Part shown: positions 11,501-48,800 of the stretch, in pieces
How the letters are laid out: every line of letters begins with the position of its first letter
How positions within the stretch are numbered: position 1 is the first letter of the stretch
From: Gekko japonicus
Lineage: Eukaryota
NCBI RefSeq assembly: GCF_001447785.1
Contig: NW_015177041.1
Location: 159,916-223,915 of the forward strand
Direction: 5' to 3'
Length of the DNA: 64,000 nucleotides
The notes under the pieces: model-generated
What the model was told of the DNA's origin: nothing
What the model saw: only the letters and a program-made list of their open reading frames with translations
Databases searched by the model: none
Translations under genes and position numbers: made by a program

Positions 11501-12325
11501 GTTTTGTTTTTTGCATCTATAATCTACCTAGAGGTCCAGTGAAGGCAGGCAAATAAAGCAAAAATAAGCAAACCTATTCCTGTTCTCATCCTCAGGAGCC
11601 AAACCCCCCTGGTTGCTGGAAGAGGAAGGAGAGAAAAACACAGGGCAAATTGGACCTTCGTATGAAGAATTTCTCAAGGAAAGTAAGTGGTGATTTGGGT
11701 AGTGGAGAGGGGACACGCTGGACGCCAGATACCTGAATATGGTATCTCTTTTCTTCCCACAGAAGAGAAGCAGAAGCTGAAGAAGCTCCCACCTGATCGG
11801 GTTGGGGCCAACTTTGATCACACCTCTCAGACAGGAGAAGGCTGGCTTCCCTCCTTTGGACGGGTATGGAACCACGGCAGGAGGTGGCAGTCCAGGTACA
11901 GTTCTGGTCACTACTGACTGCAGAGTAGTCGGTAACTATCTTTTCTTTGAATATAGCCATTCTGTTGTAATGTCAGCTAAGAATGGTTTGCCGATTTCAA
12001 CCAGTACACTATTCCAGATATGTGACACTATGTGACCATTTTTGGGTTCTTGCTTATAAAAGTTCATCAAAATACATTTAATTTCAGGCTGCCCCAAGAC
12101 TCCCATCTTGATAGAATACACCTCTAATATTTGGCTAGAGCATCTCAGTAGCTGATATATTATGCTCCAGTTACCAGGGCGTGAAGGATTTTTAATTGAT
12201 GTTGGGGGTTCAGACAATGGCCTGCTGCTTAATTTCATGGTGATGCTTTCTCTAGGCACCAGTTCAAAGCTGAAGCAGGACAGGAAAAGCCAAAAATGAA
12301 GAAGAGGAAACTGCCTGATTGCTGA
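8586..12325 (+). CDS. CENATAC: CENATAC/CCDC84, minor-spliceosome AT-AC splicing factor; 5' exons missing, probably in gap 7150-7687
   Basis: Exons 8586-8684 ([16 protein letters not shown]), 9053-9119, 9213-9275 ([16 protein letters not shown]), 9893-9957, 10136-10286 (PELDW..LTFIGHQ), 10568-10598 (GNVHTG), 11596-11682 ([15 protein letters not shown]), 11763-11895 ([35 protein letters not shown]) and 12256-12325 (HQFK..stop). All phases are compatible. Confidence 0.95.
11231..11485 (+). mobile_element. tRNA-derived squamate SINE (Squam3-like)
   Basis: A/B-box head TTGGTGTAGTGGTTAAG...GGTTTGATTCCCC and tail GCGGGGTATAAATCC. Related copies at 34880-35155(-) and 39552-39825(-). Confidence 0.75.
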
Positions 12326-13057
12326 TGAAAAGTTGAGCCTGTGGTATTTGTAAAGTACCAGGAAAGGTGTCAGTGTGCACTATATTGGGTATGCCTGGTA
12401 TAGTCTAATGTATGTCAAATACTAGGTTGGAAAGGGTTGCTGGGAGGGAGATTAAAAAAATTATCCTACCCTCTCTCTCTGCGCAACTAACCTTGAATAT
12501 GTGACTTGAGTAGATGCCATTTTGCTTGCTAGTTCCCTCCTTTTCCTACCAGTGCTTGTCTCAGTGTGGGCACACTGGTATTTTCCCTCCCATGGAATTT
12601 ATATATAGATATAAAATCCAGCATCTGAGTAAAAGCGTGCTTTTTGTCTATTTATATTAAAACCATAAAAATGTATTCTGTGTCCTTATTGAAGTACTTT
12701 TCAGAGCAAAGGTGCGAATAGGAACAGAAAAGCTTCCTTTTCCCGAGCTTCTCTGTGCGACCCCACATTCTGTACTAGGGAGCAGCCTTAGCCCCATACA
12801 CTTTGAGTGCTGACCCTGACTGAACAGAAAAGCAGCAAACACAAAACACAGCTTGATGTGATAGATCTTTTTAAACACCACCAGTCTGAAAAGTTCAATT
12901 ATTTTATTTTTATGAACATACACAAGAATTTAAGCATCACTTCTGATCCTGTAAAGCAAACAGAGAACTAATGAGAACCATATTGTCCTGCTTCGCCAGA
13001 ATCCCAACAAGCCATCAGGTACATAAGAATCTGGGCACACCAAAGCGTCTCACCTTC

Positions 13058-17100
<4,043 letters not shown>

Positions 17101-17439
17101 TCCTCTTCCTCCTCGGCTCTCCTGTGGTTCCTTCCCTTAGGGATCAAATTTGTCGTGCTCGCCGACCCACGGCAGGCAGGGATTGACTCCCTCTTACGCA
17201 AGATCTATGAGATTTACTCGGACTTTGCTCTCAAGAACCCTTTCTACTCCTTGGAGATGCCAATCAGGTACAGCTTTCTTACTCTTACACCTGTGTGGAG
17301 CCATGCAAGGCCACCCCCCCAGCCAGAATCTATGAGTGTGTGTGTGCACGCACAGTATTCGTCAGGTTCTTGCCTTGAAAAACTCAATGGAAGTTTGGAG
17401 TTATGAGAATGATTGGGGGTGGGGGGGCAGCTAGAGACC

Positions 17440-17845
17440 AAGAAGCCCTGTGAGGAAAGGTTGAGAGACTTGGAAATGTTTAGTCTGGAGAAGAGGAGGC
17501 TGAGGGGGGGGGGGACATGATGGCTCTCTTGAAGTCTTTGAAAGGCTGTCACTTGGAGGAGGGCAGGGAGCTGTTCCTGTTGGCAGCAGAGGAGAGGACT
17601 CGCAAGAATGGGTTCAAATTAAGGGGGGAAAGGTACCGGCTGGATCTTAGGAAAAACTTTTTGACAGTCAGAGTTGTGCCACAGTGGAATCAGCAGCCTA
17701 AGGAGGTGGTGAGCTCCCCCTCCCAGGCCGTCTTTAAGCAGTGTCTGGACAAACCCTTGTCAGGGGTACTCTAGCCTGATCCTGCACTGAGTAGGGGGTT
17801 GGACTAGATGGACTTTATGGCCCCTTCCAATTCTGATTCTATGGT
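17440..17845 (+). mobile_element. CR1 LINE 3' end
   Basis: ERLRDLEMFSLEKRRLRG..RYRLDLRKNFLTVRVVPQWN followed by an ATTCT/ATTCTATG tail. Confidence 0.88.
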
Positions 17846-19358
17846 GGTTTTTGCACCAAAATTAGCCTTTTCCCCAGTGCCAGGACCACAGAGCTGCCAC
17901 GAGCAGTGGTCCTGCGAAGGAAAGCAAACAAGCAAGGTCAAGCTGTGCTGAGATGTTCTTGATCGATCGTTACAAGAGGCTCCTTCTCCCCCTGCAATGG
18001 CTATTCCTGCTCAACTAATGTTAAATCCTGGCATGTAGCTGAAGCCCAAGTAGTGGTGCTTCCATTAGAAATTCTCTCCTAAGAGAATGGAGCAGGGAAC
18101 TTGAGTTATTACTAGGGAGTAGCTGGGCTAGGTCAAATCACTTCCTGGGGCTCGCTTGCTTACATATACATGTGGCTGTGTGCGCTTCTCCTTAAGATTG
18201 TAAGATGGTCCAGAATTTCTGCCTTTTGATGTTTCAGATGTGAACTCTTTGATCAGCACCTGAAGCTGGCACTGGAAGTAGCAGAGAAAGCAGGACCATT
18301 TGGACCGGGCCTATAGGACGGATTTTTCCCATTTCAGCCTCTCAACGGATCCTTTCCAGTGGCGACTGGGCCGGAAAGATTCCCTGGCAGGTTGTGTTCC
18401 TTGCTCTTCTCCACATGGGCTTTTCAGCTAAGATCACCATTGATGAAGATGGTCAGGAGGAAGCTATGAGCTTAACTCAATCACTTCCTAGGGCTGCCTT
18501 GTATATTTGTGTGTGTGTGTATATATATGTGCATGTGGCTGTTACAGTGTGTACTTCTCCTTATGGCTGTAGCCTTGTGTAAATAAAGCATTTCAGACAG
18601 AAGCTTGAATTGTGAGCTTACATGGGACTCACAGGGCTTAGCTGAAGTGGTGGAGGGTTGAGTATTTTGAAGGGAGCGCACTGCACAGAACTGGAAGCTT
18701 CTGTCGCACCGTTTATTTTAGTCAGTGGATACTTCATTACAGTGAATTGATTTGGAGCCATCTCCACTCTCATTGCAAGATGTTCTCCAAACAGCAGCTG
18801 CAAAACTGCTGGGTGCTGCATTGTTTCACTACCAAGGAGAAGGGCGATAGTAGTTTTGCTTGTGCAAATATCCCGCAGGTGTAGCCTTCATACATTTTCC
18901 TGGGCCTAGACATTTCTGGCAATCCTTTCCTAAGCCCAATCACATTTCTCTGAAGCACACAGGCAGTCTCAGAAGACAGACATGTCACTTTGGGAGACAA
19001 GGTAGCATTGCAGTGAGTGAGTCCGTCCTTCCTTCCTTCCCCGCTGTTCACGCAGCTTGCAGGTGGGGCAGGGTGCAGTTCTGCTCACCTGCCACCATTC
19101 AAACAGTGAAGAGAGAGAAGGCAGTGTGTGTGGGGGGGGCTGGTTCTGGGTCACCAACGGCGCTGCCACGTCTTGGCTTGGCTACTGTCGGTTAATCAGG
19201 TCCGCCCAGGATGAGTGGCTTGAGCCACCAGGGCACAGTGGGGCTTTGCCAGGTATTTCAGGAGACGGCCAAAGCCTGCAGCCCCCAAGCTGGCTTCTGC
19301 CCTGCCTGTCCTGTGGGGGTAGCGAGAAGATCCTCCGCAGCGGTGTCACTCCCGGGCT

Positions 19359-24363
<5,005 letters not shown>

Positions 24364-24397
24364 GGCGGTGCGGGAGCTGTCTCTCCTGGCTGGGCCC

Positions 24398-24433
24398 CGG
24401 AGGAGGAGGAGGAGGAGGAGGAGGAGGAGGAGG
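24398..24433. repeat. (GGA)n/(CCT)n microsatellite in the SLC37A4 5' UTR
   Basis: About 12 units, 35-70 nt upstream of the ATG. Confidence 0.9.
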
Positions 24434-24807
24434 CTTCCCAGCAGTCCTGCTCTGCCAACTCTGCAGCTGTCGCTGACCTGGAGGGGGGGGGGAGGGGAGG
24501 GGGGNNNNNNNNNNNNNNNNNNNNNNNNNNNNNNNNNNNNNNNNNNNNNNNNNNNNNNNNNNNNNNNNNNNNNNNNNNNNNNNNNNNNNNNNNNNNNNNN
24601 NNNNNNNNNNNNNNNNNNNNNNNNNNNNNNNNNNNNNNNNNNNNNNNNNNNNNNNNNNNNNNNNNNNNNNNNNNNNNNNNNNNNNNNNNNNNNNNNNNNN
24701 NNNNNNNNNNNNNNNNNNNNNNNNNNNNNNNNNNNNNNNNNNNNNNNNNNNNNNNNNNNNNNNNNNNNNNNNNNNNNNNNNNNNNNNNNNNNNNNNNNNN
24801 NNNNNNN

Positions 24808-25440
24808 GCGATAGGGTGCCCAGCCTCCAGGTGGGGCCTGGAGATCTCCCGCTGGCAGCGGGGGGGGGAAGGCTCCCTCGCGCGCGCCCGGACGGGGCCT
24901 CCCCTCCAGCCGAGTCTCCCGTGTGTCTCCCTGGAGGGCCCGGGGCGCTCCGACGCACGCTCCGCTCAGAGGAAGCAGCCGCTGAAACGGCGCCCCCCTC
25001 CCGCCCCACCGAAGCCGCCGCCCACCTAAGAGGCGCCTCCGCGCAACCTCAACCCGGCCGGGCAGCGCCACGGAGAGGCCAGCGACGAGCGCAGGCCGGG
25101 AGAGCGCGCTTGGCTTGGCGGCCAGAAGGCGCCGGGCGGGGCCCCCGCAAGCTCGCGGACGGCGGTAGGCCGGGGGGGGGGACCGCCCAGCAGGGACCCG
25201 CCAGACCCAGCCAGCCAGCCAGCCCGCCCTCCTCCCCGCCGAGCCCCGGGACGCGCCCTTCCCCCTCCGACCAGGCGGGGGAGCCCACGAGCCGCCCCGG
25301 CGCAGCCAGGCCACATGGCCGCGGACTCCGCCCCCCCCGCCGGACCCGGAAGGCGCCCCCCGCTCCCGCCCCTCCCCCGCCGCCAGGGGGCGCGCTGGGC
25401 GACTGAGGCAGAGGCGAGGCAGGCGGTAGAAAAGCACGTC
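24808..25440. promoter_or_regulatory. CpG island / SLC37A4 promoter
   Basis: CpG-rich with GC boxes (CCGCCC). It lies upstream of the SLC37A4 ATG exon and abuts the likely HYOU1 polyA signal (25449-25444). Confidence 0.75.
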
Positions 25441-27227
25441 GGTTTTATTGGAACCATTTTCTTTACAGAAGGAAACGAATCAACCAAAAACCAAGCCCCC
25501 CCCCCCGGAATGAGAGCCAGGGCAGGGAGGAAGGAAGGGAGGGAGGGCAGCTGGTGGGCTCTCTGCTGCCCCCTCCCCTCCCGAGGAGGGGGGGTGGAGA
25601 CACACTATGGGAAACCCCACACAGGTGGTCCCAGAGGGTGGGGGCACCCTCCTCCCACACCCAAATACTTTTCAGGGAACCCAGGATTTTACATTCAAGG
25701 TCCATGTGCTCTCCTGTCACAGTAGAACGCGCCACGCACTGGCCGGCACTGAGGTATGCAGACAACAAAGGCCCCACTTCCCGTATGGCCCGCGACGCCA
25801 TGCCCAGGTCCCCCGTCCCCCCGGGCTTAGACAGTGCTCTTTGCAGCCACCAACAGCATGAACCGTCTCAAACAATGGCAGGAGAAAGGCGCCGTGCACA
25901 GCTGTCCCCACAGAACTGAAGGGGATGGGTTGGCTCCTACTGTGTCCCAGCCGGGCTAACGCCTGCCCGCCTCCAGCACCTCCACATCCACCCCAAGCAC
26001 CCAGGCAACAGAAGGCCAAACACTGCAGCATGAGACGAAGGCGTCTTACAAGTGATGTGGCAAAAGTATCAGAGCTGCTCAACGGGCTGAGGAGGGGCTG
26101 AGGAAGGACTCCGGGCCTGATCCAAGGCAGGCAGAAAGCGGTGGCTGAGGCTGTGCACCTGCCCAAACCAGCAGGGTCCAATTTGTGTTTTGCCTCCAGT
26201 TAAATCCTTGGGCAGACCGCCTGTTGTCTCTGCTGCTGGAAAGCGGAGCCTCAAGGCCCTCTTCGGCCAGATGCAGATCACCCACTCTTGATCTGCTCAC
26301 GAGCTGAAGGGGTGTCCGGGAAGGCTAAGCCATTCAGCAGAAGGGGCACATACATGCACAGGAGAGGGCAGACTTTGTCAGGAAAACCTCGTCGGGGTGC
26401 CCAGGTTCTCATGGTACATGAGCAAACCCTGGCGCTGCCTTCCCACAGTAACAAGGAATGCTAGCGGAAGTTCACTGCCAAGAGCGCCGGCTGTGCTGGA
26501 GAGCAAAACAAGAGACAGCACTCAAGGACAGCGTGTGACTCAATCCCACTGAAGCAGAGGGCAGATACAGCAAGGCCTGCTTGTGTTACCACAGAAGAAA
26601 TGGAAAGGGCCTCACCAGCTCCTCCAAAGTAACCAAACTTTGCCAGGACAAGTGGACAAAAAGAGGAAGGCTGCGGCAGAGCGAACACTTGCCAGGCTCC
26701 TGGGCAGGCACTTTAGGGCCTTCGTTTCGTAGCGTGACTGTCAGTTTCAAGGAGCCACTTCCGTCAGGTGCCACTGCTCTTTCATTAGTTTTATGTTGTA
26801 CGGAGAAATGGCATCAACTTCCCTACCCTAAGATAAAGCTACAGCTGGAGGTTTCAAGTTGTTTCCATTTAAAAGGAGCTAACACACACTATTCCTTGCA
26901 GGATGAGGCCTGGCACAGAGTACTAGTACCTAAAACAGTTTGACGGGCAGCAAGTGGTGCGAGTGCTGCAGGAGTGCTGCAGAACACAGCCGGGGAGTGG
27001 GGGTGGCCAGCAGGGAACTCAGTGTCATCCCTAATACAGGAAACAGAGACAAGACAACAGACACCAAAAATAGCAACCAGGAAATCCCCAACAGCAGGTG
27101 GGGGAAAGACATACAGCTCTATTGCATTCTGCTTTCAGCCTGCCATTATCCACCAACCAGGTCCCTTAAGAAAACAACGGAGTTAACTGCAAATAAATAG
27201 ACATCGACAAACGGGATTTCAGAACTG

Positions 27228-45256
<18,029 letters not shown>

Positions 45257-45779
45257 CCTGGCGGCGGGGGCGGCGTCCTGCGGGAGAAGCGAGAGGGAGC
45301 TTGAAGGGGGTGGGGGGGGGGAGAAGAGCCGCGGCGGCGGAGCACCAGGCCCCAGCCAGGGGAACCGGACCCGGCCCCGACCCCCGCCACCCCCCCCCCC
45401 CCGCCGGNNNNNNNNNNNNNNNNNNNNNNNNNNNNNNNNNNNNNNNNNNNNNNNNNNNNNNNNNNNNNNNNNNNNNNNNNNNNNNNNNNNNNNNNNNNNN
45501 NNNNNNNNNNNNNNNNNNNNNNNNNNNNNNNNNNNNNNNNNNNNNNNNNNNNNNNNNNNNNNNNNNNNNNNNNNNNNNNNNNNNNNNNNNNNNNNNNNNN
45601 NNNNNNNNNNNNNNNNNNNNNNNNNNNNNNNNNNNNNNNNGGCCCCGAGCGAGGGGAAGGAAGGGGGCGGGGCGCCGCCGGTCGCGACGCTGCCCAAGGG
45701 CGCCTCTGGGCATGCGCGGCCGCCCGCCGCAGCCCTCCTCGGCCGCCCCACTACAACGACCGTCATCCCGCGCGCCGCG

Positions 45780-45789
45780 GTCACATGAC
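45780..45789 (+). promoter_or_regulatory. CLEAR/M-box-like E-box (GTCACATGAC) in the HYOU1/VPS11 divergent promoter
   Basis: One mismatch to the CLEAR consensus GTCACGTGAC, 21 nt upstream of the VPS11 ATG. An NRF1-like GCATGCGC lies near 45710. Confidence 0.6.
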
Positions 45790-45810
45790 TGCTCCCCGGG
45801 GCCCGGCAAG

Positions 45811-48800
45811 ATGGCTGCCTACCTGCAGTGGCGGCGCTTCGCCTTCTTCGACCGGGAGACGGTGAAGGAGCGCGCGGGGCTCGATGGCAGCGGCGGCAAC
45901 GTCCTGCTCCTGCCGCCGGGGATCGCGGTCTGCGACTCGGGCCGGGGCAGTCTGGTCTTCGGGGATATCCTTGGGGCGGCGCTGCGGTGGCTGAGAGAAG
46001 GGCCGGGTCGGAAGGTGGTGCTCTAGGAAGGCTGCGGCGGCGCCTGCGGGGCAGCCCGACCGCGCTTGGACGCGGGGCTTCGGACGGGCGGGCTCGCCTT
46101 CCAAGGCGGCTTAGAGTGCCGGGCTAGGGAGACTCGCACTCCCAACTCACGAAGCTCGCACGGTGGCGGGGGGGACCTTGGTCTCTAGCCACGCTCTGTT
46201 AAAGCAGCCTACTGTGCAGGGCTGATGTGATGGCCCCGTTGAGTGGGGAAGGGGACACATGTTTGCTGCCCTGGGATGGTGGGAGAGAGGGAAGGGTAGG
46301 CATGGGGTGGGGGCTGCTTCTTGACAGCTGCTTCTCTGTAATCCCGAGAGGCCCTTAACGGAAACCCACATATGGAAGGCCAGATATGGTTCCTGCCGCG
46401 CTCCCTGGAACTCAGCAGCTTTCAAGCTTATAAACTGAGAGTGACTCACCTGTATCAGTTGAAGCAGCACAGTATCCTGGTTTCTGTTGGGGAGGATGAA
46501 GAAGGCATTAATCCTTTGGTAAGTTGGGCAGTGCAGGGAGTCTCTTCCTGATTGAACAGATGCTTTAGTGATCCTTGCTGTTGTGGGGGAGGAGCCTAGC
46601 TGCAAACAACAGTGCAAGTATGGTGGTGGTGTGGCTGGAGTTGGATGTGAGACCCACTTCTGTCATTGAATTTGCAGGATATCTTTGGGTCAGTCACACA
46701 TGCTCGGTTTAACCTACCTCACGGGTTATTCTAGGGGTAAAAGGCAGATGCCATCCTGAGGTTTTTGGAGGAAGGATTGGGTAAAAGTGAACTCAGTGGG
46801 TAGGTAAACTTCATTCTGCTGTTCTATCAGGAGGAGCAAAGAACTTTTTTTTGACAGCAGCAGTTAGCTTTTAGTGCAACAGAATTACTCTAGAGGAGCG
46901 CGCTTTCCCTAAATAAGTCTCCTTGTGATGATATGCAGGTCAAAGTCTGGAATCTAGAGAAACGTGATGGTGGGAATCCTCTGTGTACTAGGATATTCCC
47001 TGCAATACCAGGCAACAAGCCCACAGTTGTGTCCTGTCTCACAGTCCATGAGAATCTGAACTTCATGGCTATCGGTAAGTGGAAGCAAGGCCAGTGCTGC
47101 TGCTGCTGGATATGCAAGCAGAACGGAAAGATATGGTAATCAGCTTTAGAACAGTGCTTCAGCTTTCCATGTTGATGCAATTGAACTTTTAGTCTGTTTT
47201 CTACTAGTAGAGAGCACCAGATGTTCTAGGGTTGCCATGAGAATTCGGTACCCCTTTGCTTCCTTTGGTTTCACAGATGGGAGTGTTGTGCTTACAAAGG
47301 GTGACATAACACGAGATCGGCACAGTAAGACTCAGACCCTCCATGAAGGTAGCTATCCAGTTACTGGCCTTGCCTTCCGCCAGTCTGGCAAAACAACTCA
47401 TCTGTTTGTTGCTACCACTGAGAGCATCCAGGTACACTGTTGGGGGTGACTGGGAGAGGGATCAAGACGGAACAGCCTGGCCCAACCACTATCCCAGCTA
47501 GTGAGTTTCATCATTGCCTTTGTCTGGTTGACTTTCCAGTGCTACACGCTTTCTGTGAAGGATTATCCGCGGCAAGAATTGGATACCCGCGGCTGTGGGC
47601 TGCGCTGCTCTACACTGAGTGACCCCTCCCAGGACCTCCAGTTTATCGTAGCAGGGGATGAGTGTGTGTATCTTTATCAGCCTGATGAGCGTGGGCCATG
47701 TTTTGCTTTTGAGGGGCAGAAGCTTATTGCCCACTGGTATCGGGGCTATCTTGTCATTGTGTCCAAGGACCGGAAGACCTCTCCAAAGTAAGGACACACT
47801 TGTTTGTTTGGGATTTGTTCTACTGTGTGTTTCTGGATTGGGATGGAGAGGGGCCTTCTAATTGTCATTCGGTTCTCATTGAGTGCAGAACTAAGCAGAA
47901 AGCAGTAAAAACTGGTGGGGAATTTTTTTTTGGCTTTCTGCCACTTGTGCAAAAACAGCAGTGCTACGTCTCCTGTGTGTGCTGGATGGATTCTACACCA
48001 GTGATCCCAAGAAGATGGCTATTGATATGGGGCCTGCCCCAGCATAACTTTCTCGTGTGGTGTCCTGTTGACGGTCATTGGGCAAGCTGGTGTCCCAAAA
48101 GCATCTGCAGGGAGGCATTGTAAATAGTAAATATTTGGAGACAAAATGGTAACATTTAGCCTCTTGCTCAGGGTAAAAGAGGAGAGCGCAAAAGTGGGCT
48201 TGAAGCTCAACATCAAAAAAACTAAGATCATGGCATCCGGTCCCATCACTCCTTGGGAAGTAGACGGGGAAGTCGTGGAAGTAGTGACAGACTTCACGTT
48301 CCTGGGATCCCAGATCACCGCAGACTGTGACAGCAGCCATGAAATTAAAAGACGTTTGCTCCTTGGGAGGAAAGAGATGGCGAACCTAAACAGCATGATA
48401 AAAAGTAGAGACATCACCCTGCCAACAAAAATACACATGGTCCAAGCAATGGTATTCCCAGTAGTCATGTATGGCTGCGAGAGTTGGACTATAAGGAAGG
48501 CTGAGCGCCGAAGAATAGATTCTTTTGAACTATGGTGCTGGAGAAGACTCTTGAGAGTCCCTTGGACTGCAAGAAGGTCAAATCAGTCAATCCTAAAAGA
48601 AATCAAACCTGACTGTTCCCTGGAAGGCCAGATAATGAAATTGATGCTCAAATACTTTGGCCACCAAATGAGAAGGGAGCACTCACTGGAGAAGACCCTG
48701 ATGCTGGGAAAGATTGAAGGTCAAAGAAGACGGAGACGGCAAAGGATGAGATGGTTAGACAGTGTCATAGATGCAACAAACATGAAATTCAGCAAACTTC

